In this document: one piece after another, positions 43,101 to 54,894 of the stretch
Position numbering within the stretch: position 1 is the stretch's first letter
Layout of the letters: each line of letters starts with the position of its first letter
Origin: Trichinella spiralis
Lineage: Eukaryota
Assembly (NCBI RefSeq): GCF_000181795.1
Contig: NW_003526941.1
Span: forward strand, 3,807,348-3,871,347
Direction: 5' to 3'
Length of the DNA: 64,000 nt
Notes under the pieces: generated by a model
Database searches by the model: none
What the model saw: only the letters and a program-made list of their open reading frames with translations
What the model was told of the DNA's origin: nothing
Position numbers and translations under genes: made by a program

Positions 43101-46100
43101 GCAGAGAGTTGGGTGAATTTGTTCCCCCTGGTCTCACCCTATTCCAAAGCACCACAAGTCGACGTCAGCGAAGAGATGCGCCGGCAGCGGTTCACACCGG
43201 AGCGGATGTTTCGCCTGGCCGAATCGTTCTTCTCCAGCGTCGGTTTGCCGAACATGACGCGAACGTTTTGGCAAAAATCCTACTTGGAACGACCGGACGA
43301 CGGTCGAAATTTCATCTGCCACGCCTCGGCTTGGGACATGTTCTATCCCGACGATTTTCGGATCAAAATGTGCACCCAAGTGACCATGGCCGACTTGATC
43401 GTCGCCCACCACGAAATGGGCCACGTCCACTATTTCATGCAGTACGCCGACCAGCCGAGTGTGTTTCGTTCCGGCGCCAATCCCGGCTTTCACGAAGCGA
43501 TCGGCGACACCATCGCCTTGTCCGTCGCCACACCGTCCCACTTGCGGCTGGTCGGTCTTTACAATGGCCCGGTCGACGATGCCCACTTGGATGTGAACTT
43601 TTTGCTCAAACAAGCGCTGGAAAAGGTCGCCTTTTTGCCGTTCGGCTACCTGGTCGACTTGTGGCGGTGGAACGTTTTCCGAGGCGTCTATTCTGCCGAC
43701 CACTGGAACCGAGACTGGTGGCAGTTGCGTCACGACATCCAGGGGATCCTGCCCGCCGTCGAACGTCCGCGATACTCTTTCGACCCCGGAGCCAAATTCC
43801 ACGTCGCCTCGTCGACTCCGTACATTCGTTATTTCATCGCCCACGTGCTGCAATTTCAGCTCTACAAGGCGCTGTGTCAGTTTGCCGGTCACAGCCGGAA
43901 CCACGGCGAACCGTTGCACCGGTGCGATTTTTACAACAGCACCGTGGCCGGCGAAAAGTTGGCCCTGATGCTCCAACTAGGCTCTTCTCGACATTGGCGC
44001 CAAGCGTTGCAACTGGTCACCGGCGAACGGAAACTTTCTGTTGAACCGTTGAAAGAATATTTTCAACCGCTGATGGACTGGCTCCGCGAAGAGAACAAAA
44101 ACGAATGTTTCGGCTGGGGTCGTCAGTGGCCAGAGCAAGTGCAGAGCACGCTGATGAAACCTCGTTGTGGTGCATTTCAACCGCCCGATCAAGTCGAACT
44201 CGAACTGATCAAGTTGAAAAAGTTTTTGGAAAATTTTCAAATTCTCACCAGCTCATTGCAACGAGAAATCGATCGAGCCCATTGGAAACGTTGGACTGAC
44301 GCCGGCAATGGAACTCTGCTCATGAGATTGTTGAATTCCACCACAGAGAAAGCTTTAGTGTTGAGAAATCAGGCTCGTCAATTGGCCACTATGAATTATT
44401 CGTTGTTGTTCGAACCGACCGATTTGGAAATGGTCGACGTGATTTTGCATCCGGACACGCCCAACAACGACGACGATATACGACTGATGAACGAGCTGCT
44501 TTTGAAAATGGCCTCTATCGGGGATGGGGCTTTTATTCGGAAATGTCAAAGGGTACCGGCCAGTGGGGTCCCAAACGGTACCGACGACCAAAGATGGTAT
44601 TTGATTCCGGATTTGATGAATTTGGTATCACGTTCTTCGGTCGACGTGGAAACGCTCACTTACGTGTGGAAGCAGTGGCGCGATACGGTCGGCAAGCGAA
44701 TGTTCCCCTTGTACGAAAAATATGTTTCGTTGACGAGAAAAGTGGAATTGGAAAAGCGGACTGCCAAAACTGACCACCACCACCACCACCACCAAATGGA
44801 CCAGCTCGAACAATTGACCAGTGAACTGTTGCCGTTGTACGAACATTTGCACACGTACGTGAGAAGAAAACTTATGGTGAATTATCGTGACAATTTCACC
44901 ACTTCGTCAATACCGGCCCATCTGTTGGGCAGTATGTTTGCCGAAGATTGGTCGAATTTGTTGTGGAACGTCAATTTCACCACTGCTCGGTGGATACTCG
45001 AAGTCGACCAGTCGTTGAGGAGGAAAAATTTCACCGTCATCGGCATGTTCAAGCAGGCGGAAATGCTGTTCCGAAACGTTGGATTGGACAATTTGACCGA
45101 ACAATTTTGGCAAAAGTCGATTTTCGAGCAGAAGAAAAAAAATCCATCGTTTGAAAAACGACTGCTCTGTCGACCGGCCCTCTGGCGATTTCCAAACGAC
45201 GACCAATATAGAATTGGCCTGTGTGCCACGGTGGACGTTCAACAGTTTCTGGCTGCGCACAGTACGCTGGCCCGAGTGCACCATTTGATCATGCTGTCTG
45301 AACAGCAGCCGGTCTTGTCCATTTGGACCGGCAACTCGAACGTCGCGGATGTGGTCAGTTTGTTGGTCAGATTGTTGGCGGAAAATTTCAACTACCTCAA
45401 ATCGACCGACATGATACCGACAAAGTGGAATTACACGATCGACGACGAACTTCAACTTCTACTGTTCCAAGCGCTGAGAATTGTCCCATCGTTGCCGTAT
45501 TATTTGGCCATCAGTCGATGGCGTGCGCAGCTCGCCGACAACGGCACTGCAGTCTGGCAGCGATCTTGGTGGGATGTTAGAAACAAATATCAGGGCATTT
45601 CTGTCCCAGTGGAACGACAAGCCACCGACTTTGATCCCGGCGCCAACGTGGACGTCTTTTTGGCCCGGTCAACGGTCGACAGTTTCCTGGCCACTGTGGC
45701 CCATTTCCAAGTGTTCAAGTCGCTCTGCGATCGTCAAAATCACAAAGGCCCGTTGCATCGGTGTAATTTGTTGTTGGATCACGGTCAGCATGTTGGTCAA
45801 ACGCTGCAAAATGTACTCGTTGTTCCGTCGGGTCGAAATTTGTCCACTTTGTTGAACAGTTTGACCGGCAATTCTGCGATATCGACGTCCGGTTTGCTCG
45901 AATATTTTCGACCGTTGTTCGAATGGCTGAAGACGGAGAACACTGACGACTGTTTCGGTTGGGGGTATCAGTGGCCTGCCGACATCAACGACAGCTTACC
46001 GCAGCCGCGTTGCGATAGGGTTCTGCCAGTAGATCCGGTCGACGTTGAAACTGCAAAAGTGAGCAGATTTTTGAACTCCTTTGAAAAGCATGCCCGATTG

Positions 46101-49100
46101 GTGAATGGCCGTCTAGCTTGGGCCAGGTGGATCTACAGAACCAACAGTACTGATCTCGAGAGCAGAATTGTTGCACTCGAGCAAGTCGAATTGGAGCATG
46201 ACAAATTTTACGAACAACAAGCGAATGCTACTGGAAAATTCAAATTTGATCTGATACAAAATCCGCTGATCATTCGACAACTGTACGCAATAAAAGACCG
46301 TGGCATGTACTACAGGGCTGAAAATGGTTTGAGAATTTTGTTGAATTCAATGCGGAAAATTTACGACACAATGTACTTTTTTCCACTCGAACGACAAACC
46401 CCAGTTGACAGTGGCAGTTTGCAACTGGCTTCAGTTGACGATGACCGACGACAGTTGGCCAGTTGTTGCAACGATTACACTGAAATGTATGCAATTTGGG
46501 AAAATTGGCATGGAAAAATTGGTGCAAAAATGAAGCCACTTTTCGAACAATACGTTCAGCTGGCAAATATGGCAAGCAACAAAGCCGGATATGTCGACAT
46601 GGGATATTGGTGGCAGTCGCGGTTCGAAAGATACAATTTTGTCCAACATTTGCAGCAACTTTGGTATCGAGTGTTGCCGTTGTACGAGCGGATTCACGCT
46701 CGCGTTCGACGACTATTCATCCGACGTTTTCCGAACAAATTTTCAAATTCCAGCATACCGGCTCATCTTTTCGGTTCTTATTTGTTCGACCAAAACTGCG
46801 CTGATCATTTCGATCATCATTCACTGCCCTATCCGGAACTTCTATCGCTGAATGCAACCGAAGAGATGATTTCTCGAAATTACACCGCCCACCATTTGTT
46901 CAAGTAAGTTTGAATTTTTATCCACTCTTATCAGATCATGTTCTTTGTCTGCAGTTCTCTTATTAACTCGTGATATTTATTTATTTATTTATTTTTGAAA
47001 AATGTACTTGATTTAATATTTTTTAAACGTTTGTAGAATGGCTGAATCATTTTACGAAAGTCTAGGTTTTGCCGAGATGAACGACGCATTTTGGAATATT
47101 TCCGTATTCCACTACGAGACGACGACAAACAGCACGCCAAAAGATTGTCGCCCTTTGGCTGTTGATTTTTCAAATGGCCTCCAATATGCTATTTACATGT
47201 GCACGGACGTTTCAGTTGATGGACTAGTCGAAGCGCACCGGCAAATGGCTCGTCTGCATCACTACATGACTTGTGCCGAGCAGCCGTCCATTTTCAGGCA
47301 CGATACTGGTATTGGATTTTTCCGAGCAATATCTGACGCTGTGGCACTTTCCATCGGCACACCTACGCACCTCAGTCGAATTGGTCTGCTGAACATCAGC
47401 GAAGGGGATGTTTCGAAAAACATGACTGACATGAACTATTTGTACAAGGCAATTGTACGCGACATCGTCTCCCTACCAGCTGGTTATGTGATCGACTTGT
47501 ACATGTGGAACGTGTTCAATGGTAAAATCAGCTCGGAAGAGTTGGACGAAGCGTGGTGGCGATTGCGCAACGCCCATCAGGGTATAATGCCGCCGGCTGG
47601 TCATCGGTATTCTGGTTTGGACGCGGCAGCGGAATGGCGTATTTCCAATCACGGGCCAATGGTGGGCAATTTTGTGGCGACAATTTTGAAATTTCAACTG
47701 TACAAAGCATTCTGCGAAGCCGCTGGTCACAGGGGACCTTTGCACCGGTGCGATTTGTCGAACAGCAAAGCTGTGGGCCGGCTGTTGAAAGCGCTCATGA
47801 AGCCCGCCAATTCGTCACCCTGGTACGAAACACTCGAACAACTGTTCAACATTAGCCAACTGTCTGTCGAGCCACTTTTCGAATATTATCAGCCAATTGT
47901 AAGCTGGTTGGAGCAGGAGGAGGGGGGCAAAAACGACGAATGTTTCGGTTGGGGTGAACAATGGCCTCCGGCTGTCGAGAAAACTCTACCAATTCCCAGG
48001 TGTGGAATCACAATGGACGACGATACAACTGATGGCGCCGAGCAGGAATTGATCCGAGCGGAAAATTATTTGGCAAGCTACGAACAGCGAGCCCAAACCG
48101 TGTACGAAGATTACGCCAGAAAACGGTGGCTCTTCTTGACCGACATGGTCGATCACAATCGAAACCTCTACGTCGAAGCGGAAGTTGTGAAACGATTGTT
48201 CGACGCCGAACAAGCCAGCCTGGTGTTGGATGGTAATTTTAATTTTTCTTCGTTGGCCAGTGTAAACCAGCAAGTGGTCAGTGTGTTGGAACGAATTGTC
48301 CAGTCCAGAATTGTGAAAATTGAAGAAACCCAAGCGAAGGCGTTGGCCAGTGTTTCGGCACAACTGCGCACTTTGCACAGTACGACTTTTATCTGCGCAG
48401 TCGGCACCGCCAACATGGCCAGTTGTCCCCACGAAGATCGTCTTTATCTCGAACCGGACCTTGTCGAATTGATGGCCAAATCAACCGATCCGTCGGTACT
48501 CCAATACTTGTGGCAACGTTGGCACCAGGCGATCGATTCGGCGGCAATTGGCCCCTCCCTGCACCGGCATACGGCCATCAGCAACGCCATAGTTAGACGG
48601 AACAATTTTCCCGATTTGGGCGCCTATTGGCGCTCTTTGTATCGAGATGCAAATTTCGAACGGACGGTCGAATCGTTGTGGATTCAAATTTTGCCACTGT
48701 ACGAGCAGATGCACGCCTACGTGCGCCGAATGCTTCACGCTCGATATCCGGATTCGTTCAACACGTCCGCCGTGCCGGTGCATCTGTTCGGCGACATGTT
48801 CGCCTCGAACTGGCTGCCCCTCTATGCAAATTCCATACCCTATCCGAACGTCAGCACTGCCAGTGCGTGGTTCGACGAGCGACTGACCCAAAACTTTACT
48901 GCTGAATATTTGTTGAAGTAAGAAAAAAAAAGAACAGGAAAAGCTATTTATTTTTTCAAATTTAATTCAATTCAATTCAATTGAGAGATATTAAATGTTT
49001 TTTTTTTCGATTTCAGAATGGCGGAAAAGTTTTTCCTCAATATTGGTCTACTTCCATTGACAGAACAATTTTGGAACAATTCAATTGTAAATCCCAACCG

Positions 49101-50400
49101 TGACAAGCGCAGTAATATGGAATGTCACGCTGGAACTGCGGACTTTTTCAACCGAATCGACTACGCACTGAAGAGCTGTACTGGTGGTAGGTATTTGGCC
49201 AGAGATTTTTTGAACGCTTTTGAACAAGTCGGCCAAGTGGAATTTTCGATGATTTGTGCCGACCAGCGTCTGAAATTCAGGGAAGACGACGAGTCGGGCT
49301 TGCGTGAAGCGATAATCAACATGGTCGTTTTGACGGCCACGACGCCGCTCCAACTGCGCGATATGGGCCTGATTGTTGAGGGGCCGTTCGAACGGGGCTC
49401 GTCGCTCGAAGCCGAAGAGGGCGTGAATTTTTTGTACTTCACTGCTTTGCAGAAGCTCGCCTCGTTGGCGTTCGCCTACGCGGCCGATTTGTACCGTTGG
49501 CGTCTGTTCAACGGCTCAATTCCACAAGCCGACTACAACGACCACTGGTGGCTTCTGAAATACCAGTACCAGGGTTTGGTGGCGCCGACTGGCCTGCTGG
49601 AAAATCTCACCTCATACCACGCCGCCTCTGAGCACCACATCGCCAACAACGAACCCTTGCTCAGGCTGTTCGTCGCCAACGTGTTGCAGTTTCAGTTGCA
49701 AAAATCGCTTTGTCTCGAATCTGGTCACCGAGGCCCACTTTACCAGTGCAACCCACTGGCCGGCGGATCCGCTGGCCGACGGCTGAAGCGCATGCTGCGC
49801 ACCGTCTGTTCCACTGGATCTTTTGCCGACGCGTTGCGCACCATCGCCACTAACATCAGTCATTTGTCCGCCGAACCGCTCCTCGAATACTTCCAACCAC
49901 TGCAACGTTGGTTGGAAACTCAAAACGCACTTGCCATGGACTGTTACGGCTGGAACCACAACTGGACGACCATCAACGTCACCGGTCTTGTCAAATATCC
50001 GCGCTGCGGATTTTACTACTACTACAACGGCTCTTCGGCTGCTCCAGGTAGGGCCACCGGGTCGTGAATCGAACCCAAAGCGACGCTGGTTTGACAATTT
50101 TTTACCCCTTTGCCTTTTTTGTCAATAGAAATTTTTTTTCTCATTCCTTTTATGTGCACATATTTTTTTCATTGTCCATGTGTATGCAACAACAAACAGT
50201 GTATTCATATATGTATATATTCTGCTGCAAAGCAAACCACAAATCCCTTGCTTGCTTGTTTGTTTGTTCATTTGGTGAATATTTATTACATACATATATA
50301 TATATATATATATACTTGTTTCACAGATGCTCCCAATGTAAAAGTTTTCATTGTACTTGTTCTACTTTGGCTGACGAGGATCGGCTTCGATTTTCAATGA
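40104..50400 (+). CDS. Giant ACE-like (peptidase M2) protein with five tandem domains, signal peptide and probable GPI signal
   Basis: Exons 40104-40187 (signal peptide MSFKSTLSQLLLLLLAHFRISFA), 40479-46903, 47037-48917, 49017-50047 (or read-through to the stop at 50067) and putative 50327-50400. All junctions are GT-AG and in frame, giving ~3,146-3,164 aa. ACE motifs (PLYEQLHAYVRR, PAHLFG, GPLHRC, EYF.PL..WL) recur about five times. Domain 2 has HHEMGH, GANPGFHEAIGD and FDPGAKFHV..STPYIRYF. Confidence 0.93.
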
Positions 50401-51227
50401 AACAGACTCCACCAACGCATCAACCAACACGGTGCCAGATGAAGAAAATGCGAGCAATTGATGCAATTTTATTGTCAACAACAACAAATTTCTCACTTCT
50501 TTCTAATCAGCAACAACACAGGGATTGCATTGATCGAGTGATGATCCACTGACACGCACAGTTTTGATGAAATTGCCATTTCAAGCAATTCTTCAAAATA
50601 ATAATAATAAAACATTTATTTGTATGCTTTTACAACACGGTAACGTTGCGATTTTTATTTTTAAATATATTTTTGACAATTCTGGGTTTTGTTCTTTTTT
50701 TATCTTCGATATTATCTTTGCAAAAATATTCCAGAAATCATCCATCACTACTACTCACTGCAGAAAGGAATAATAATACTGCCAACACACCTTTTCTCGA
50801 ATACCGTCCAACCGAACAGCAATATTTTCCAATACAGACCACATGGACAAATCAGTAACTGGACAACAATATTCCACAATGCTGCTATCAGTGACTGTTG
50901 TTGGTTGTGTAGCAAATTTTCCAGACAATCTGTTCAAATGGCCGACGAAATCGACTGCTCAGCAACAGAATGAGCACATTCGTCGTCACTGCACGCTCAA
51001 CCACCAGTAGCAACAGTTTTCTTTCTACTTAAAAACTGACAAAATGCGATACCCTAATTGGTGGCATTTTTTACTGAAAATAATAACACTCTGATAAATC
51101 TCTTCCACTAATCTACTGCAGACTATTATTGACCAACTGTGCACGCACGGCAGCAACCAATTCGACAAACAGAGATCATCTATTTCACTTATTCTCCACT
51201 GATTGATTGTGCACAGCGACCAAACTG

Positions 51228-52259
51228 ATAAAAAATTGGTAGATGCATTCATGTTCAGATACCGATAGATTGTGCTAAACCATTTACGTGTGGTACAACA
51301 ACAGTTCGACTCCGTTTGTCCCAACAATTACTATGCCAAATCATCAGGTTCAACAAAATAAGAACCACATCACCTATGACCAACAGTCGAACGATCAGCA
51401 GATCGAACAGTACAACTGCACTCTGTTACAATTACTCTCACATAATGGACAAAAAACACTGCAACACATTGGACGAATAGTTTGCAAAAAATAACCATCC
51501 TCTACTGCAGGACCATACAAACAGCCGAGACAACCAAATTGACTACTTGCTTTCCTACAATTTTAGCTAAGTACTTTGTCAATTAAGCATCATCGACTGT
51601 TCTACTCAGAAACACTAGCCGCATCAACGGAAACGAATGCTGATTCCCCCTTGTTAGACCCCCGTCACCGAGCTATTAGCATTACAGAATAAATACCTAC
51701 ATATCACGTACTACTGTAGCGTTATTAGAAATGCAACAAGTTTATACGGTGCATCGGGTTATTTCCTATTGCGGAGCAATACAGTTTTATCGTGCCCCGC
51801 GTCCACTACTCCGCACGGCGGAGCTATTTGCTATCTCGCAAAAATTTTGCATAATGCACGACACCTACTACTGCGTACTGGGTTATTTCTTACGGCGGAG
51901 CAATTCAGTTTTATCGTGCACCGAGACCATTACTCCGCGGTAGGTTATTTTCCATTATATAGCAGTTCACTTTTATCAGGCACCGCTGTATCGGTTACTG
52001 CGGTCAACATTAGCTATTCGATTGTCCTGTGCTTGTATCATACACAATTCCGCTAGCAGCCGCCCAGAACTGTATCTACACTGTGTGGTATATTCAGATA
52101 GGTTGGTTATTTGCATGTTGTTAGTAGTCTGCTGTTGCTTTTCTTGCTTGACCAGATAACGTTGCGGTGGTAGCTACAGTGTAGTGCAGTGCGGCGACTT
52201 CACAATTGATTAGTCTTACTGAATGATGAGCACGAAGCATTATATAGAAGAAAGTGATC
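51228..52259. repeat. Right copy of the inverted repeat pairing with 1-1030
   Basis: Direct reverse-complement match with scattered substitutions. Confidence 0.95.
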
Positions 52260-54894
52260 TGTTTTTTCTGTTTATTCCCATTTTTTGAAAATGGTGCATC
52301 ACAATTTTCGACTGGACACAAAAGAGGCAAGCCTGAACTTGGTGAAGATATATTTTGGTAAGTTGCATTTTTTACTTATATTAAGATGTTGAGATTGTAA
52401 ATTAGCAAAGAAAATTAAATAATATACGGTTTATGTAGGTTTTAGAATTCACTTTCCAGTGTGCCAATCTATTTATTGTCAGTAATTACCTTAAAATGTT
52501 CAACAATTAAAACACAGTTCATTATGAATGTGATAATTTGTAAAATGTATAACGATATGGCTGTCATACATTACATTTTATATTACTGTACATTTCGATG
52601 GGGTATATTTAATTTGAATACTTGTCGTATTTTTGCAATTAATGTCTGCAATTGACTGCTGTTTGCGTGTTTCTTATTTCAACTTATTTGTCAATTAGAA
52701 AACACTTTGAATCTGTTGTTTTTAGTTATGTAATTTTACTTAAATTGCATTGAAAATGAATTACGGCTTTTTTCGTGCATCCACTGCTCTTTGATCATTA
52801 TAATTTATGATTAATTTTCTATAATAATTGATGAAAAACGTTTTAAATATCAGTTTTGCACGGTCGTCATTTAATTTGCTTATTATCGTATAAATAGATT
52901 CAGTTTTTTAATTCCTCACCAATGCACTCTCCGTACCAACCGTATATCATCAACCATTGAATCTGAAGTCAAGAAAGCGTTATGTATTGCAGTTGAACAA
53001 AAATTTGCATGCATTTTCTGGTAAACAGGTCTTACTGTGCCTGCGTTTCATTTCGTTAAGCAAACAAAAATTTTCACGACTGTTAATCTAAAATGACACT
53101 AAAAGCAGCACACATGATGCAACTTCACAATAATAACAATTAAGTTATTCTTCGTTACTAGATAACATTGAATTTCTGAAAAATAAGAATATCAAATGAA
53201 GTTGCTTCATATATTAGAAACCGTCGCTTGTGATGAACAATAGTTGCTAAGCAAACAAACGGTAAGGCAATAGACGCATGAAAATTTGCATACTAACGAG
53301 ATGCGCCTAACAGTGATGAAATAATTTGACCAAACTTTCGCTTTAAAACTCAAATAATAACTATTTAATTTACTTTATTTGGGCTATGCAATGGTGTCTG
53401 GATATACGAAGCAATATTATTGTTAATATTGTTAAGTTCTATCACATATCTTGTTGCTTTTTCGATTGTGCATCAACAGTCGCAAAGGTTTATTTCTGAA
53501 CATAACGGAATCTAGGCGTACTACATGTTTAACACAATTTGAATTATGTTGAGTATGATTTAAATTTGCATCAATTCATGAATTCTAAATTTTATTGTGA
53601 GGTTGATATCTAATATTTGTAGTTGGATGGTGTCCTGCAAAATCAGAATGAAAGACGATTTCAAAGGAAGCCTGATAAGCATCATCATTTATATTCAATA
53701 TGGCCAATCACGTTATGTAGTTTTTCAAAAAATGTATCTCCAAATGATGGGAAGTTTACTATTTTTGTAAGTTACAGTTTTTTTATTGAATGACATTGTA
53801 ATATTGCTGGAAATAGGTACTGAATATGTAATTGCTTAACGATAACTAAGCAATCTGTTCTTGGAAATTAAAAAGTTAACTCTGCTGAAAATGGTATTCA
53901 TTGCGAAGTATAATTATCGTGCTGACTATTATTGCATGCGTAAGCAGCGATCAATACACTAATAGTTGATTGATAGTTGCTTAATTTACGTACGATTAAC
54001 GTTGCTGTTTAGTTTCATATAAGTCACAGATTTTTATGCTTATTTGAATTAAGTCATACATTACAATATAATTTGACATGGATAATGACTTTCATCTGTA
54101 ACGTATTCAGGATTTTGTTGCTGTTCAAAAATTATTATAGGCTTTGTTGCTAGCGCATTACATTATCTTACGTTTACAAAGCATACATGCATTTCTAGGT
54201 CAGCAGAGTATGTTTATGCTAATGTGAAGGAGAACACTGCCGATGGCATTTTGCTACGTGCCCTTTCAGCCATTCAAATCCGGAAGTGATTTTCCTCGTA
54301 TAAATTTCTATTTATTCAGGAGCTGCAGTATTATATAAATATACGCTGCTGAAGAGCGGTCTAATTAGTTACTGCGTTGCGTTACTTGGTTATTTTGGTG
54401 CTTCACTTCAACAGTTACGTTGTGATTGTTAGACTAAAAATATGATGAAACCACGAACATCAATTGGCAAATTAACAGCTCTGCGTTTGCTTTATAGCTC
54501 ATCAATGACAGAGCTGCTGACAGGTATGAATTTTTGCATATTTTTTGTTTTTTTATACTTTGTTACCTTCTCCTGCCACACTGAACTAAACATGCCCGCT
54601 TTTTAAACATTTCATAGTTGTTAAAGTTTAATTTTTTGAATCGAAGTTTATCCATTTTTTTCTGTAACGATGTGCAACTAATAATCAGTACTACATTAGA
54701 GACACGCCAATCTGAAACCGTAAGATATAGAAAAAGTGATATATATATATATATATACATCCTTTATTCTCAACAGTCCTTACAAATGCATTTCGAAAAT
54801 ACTGTTGCCATAGCCGTTGAACGACTCGCATATTATTTTCAATGCCCTCCATGATGTTTACTGGTGATGTAACATAGTTGACCTATTGCAATTG

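Noticed and set aside
40746..43976. Long antisense ORFs (408, 368 and 280 aa) and the +frame 355-aa ORF overlapping the ACE gene
   Set aside because: These are shadow ORFs expected from GC-rich, codon-biased coding sequence. They have no recognisable motifs.
40479..46903. Bacterial horizontal transfer as the explanation for the GC-rich, intron-poor ACE gene
   Set aside because: It has a signal-peptide exon, spliceosomal introns, animal-type cysteines and many N-glycosylation sequons, and D2 closely follows animal ACE motifs. A phylogeny would be needed to say more.
46907..49018. Treating ORFs 40434..46907, 47038..48921 and 49018..50067 as three separate ACE genes
   Set aside because: The breaks fall mid-domain at canonical in-frame GT-AG introns. 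The stops are the TAA of the gtaag donors.
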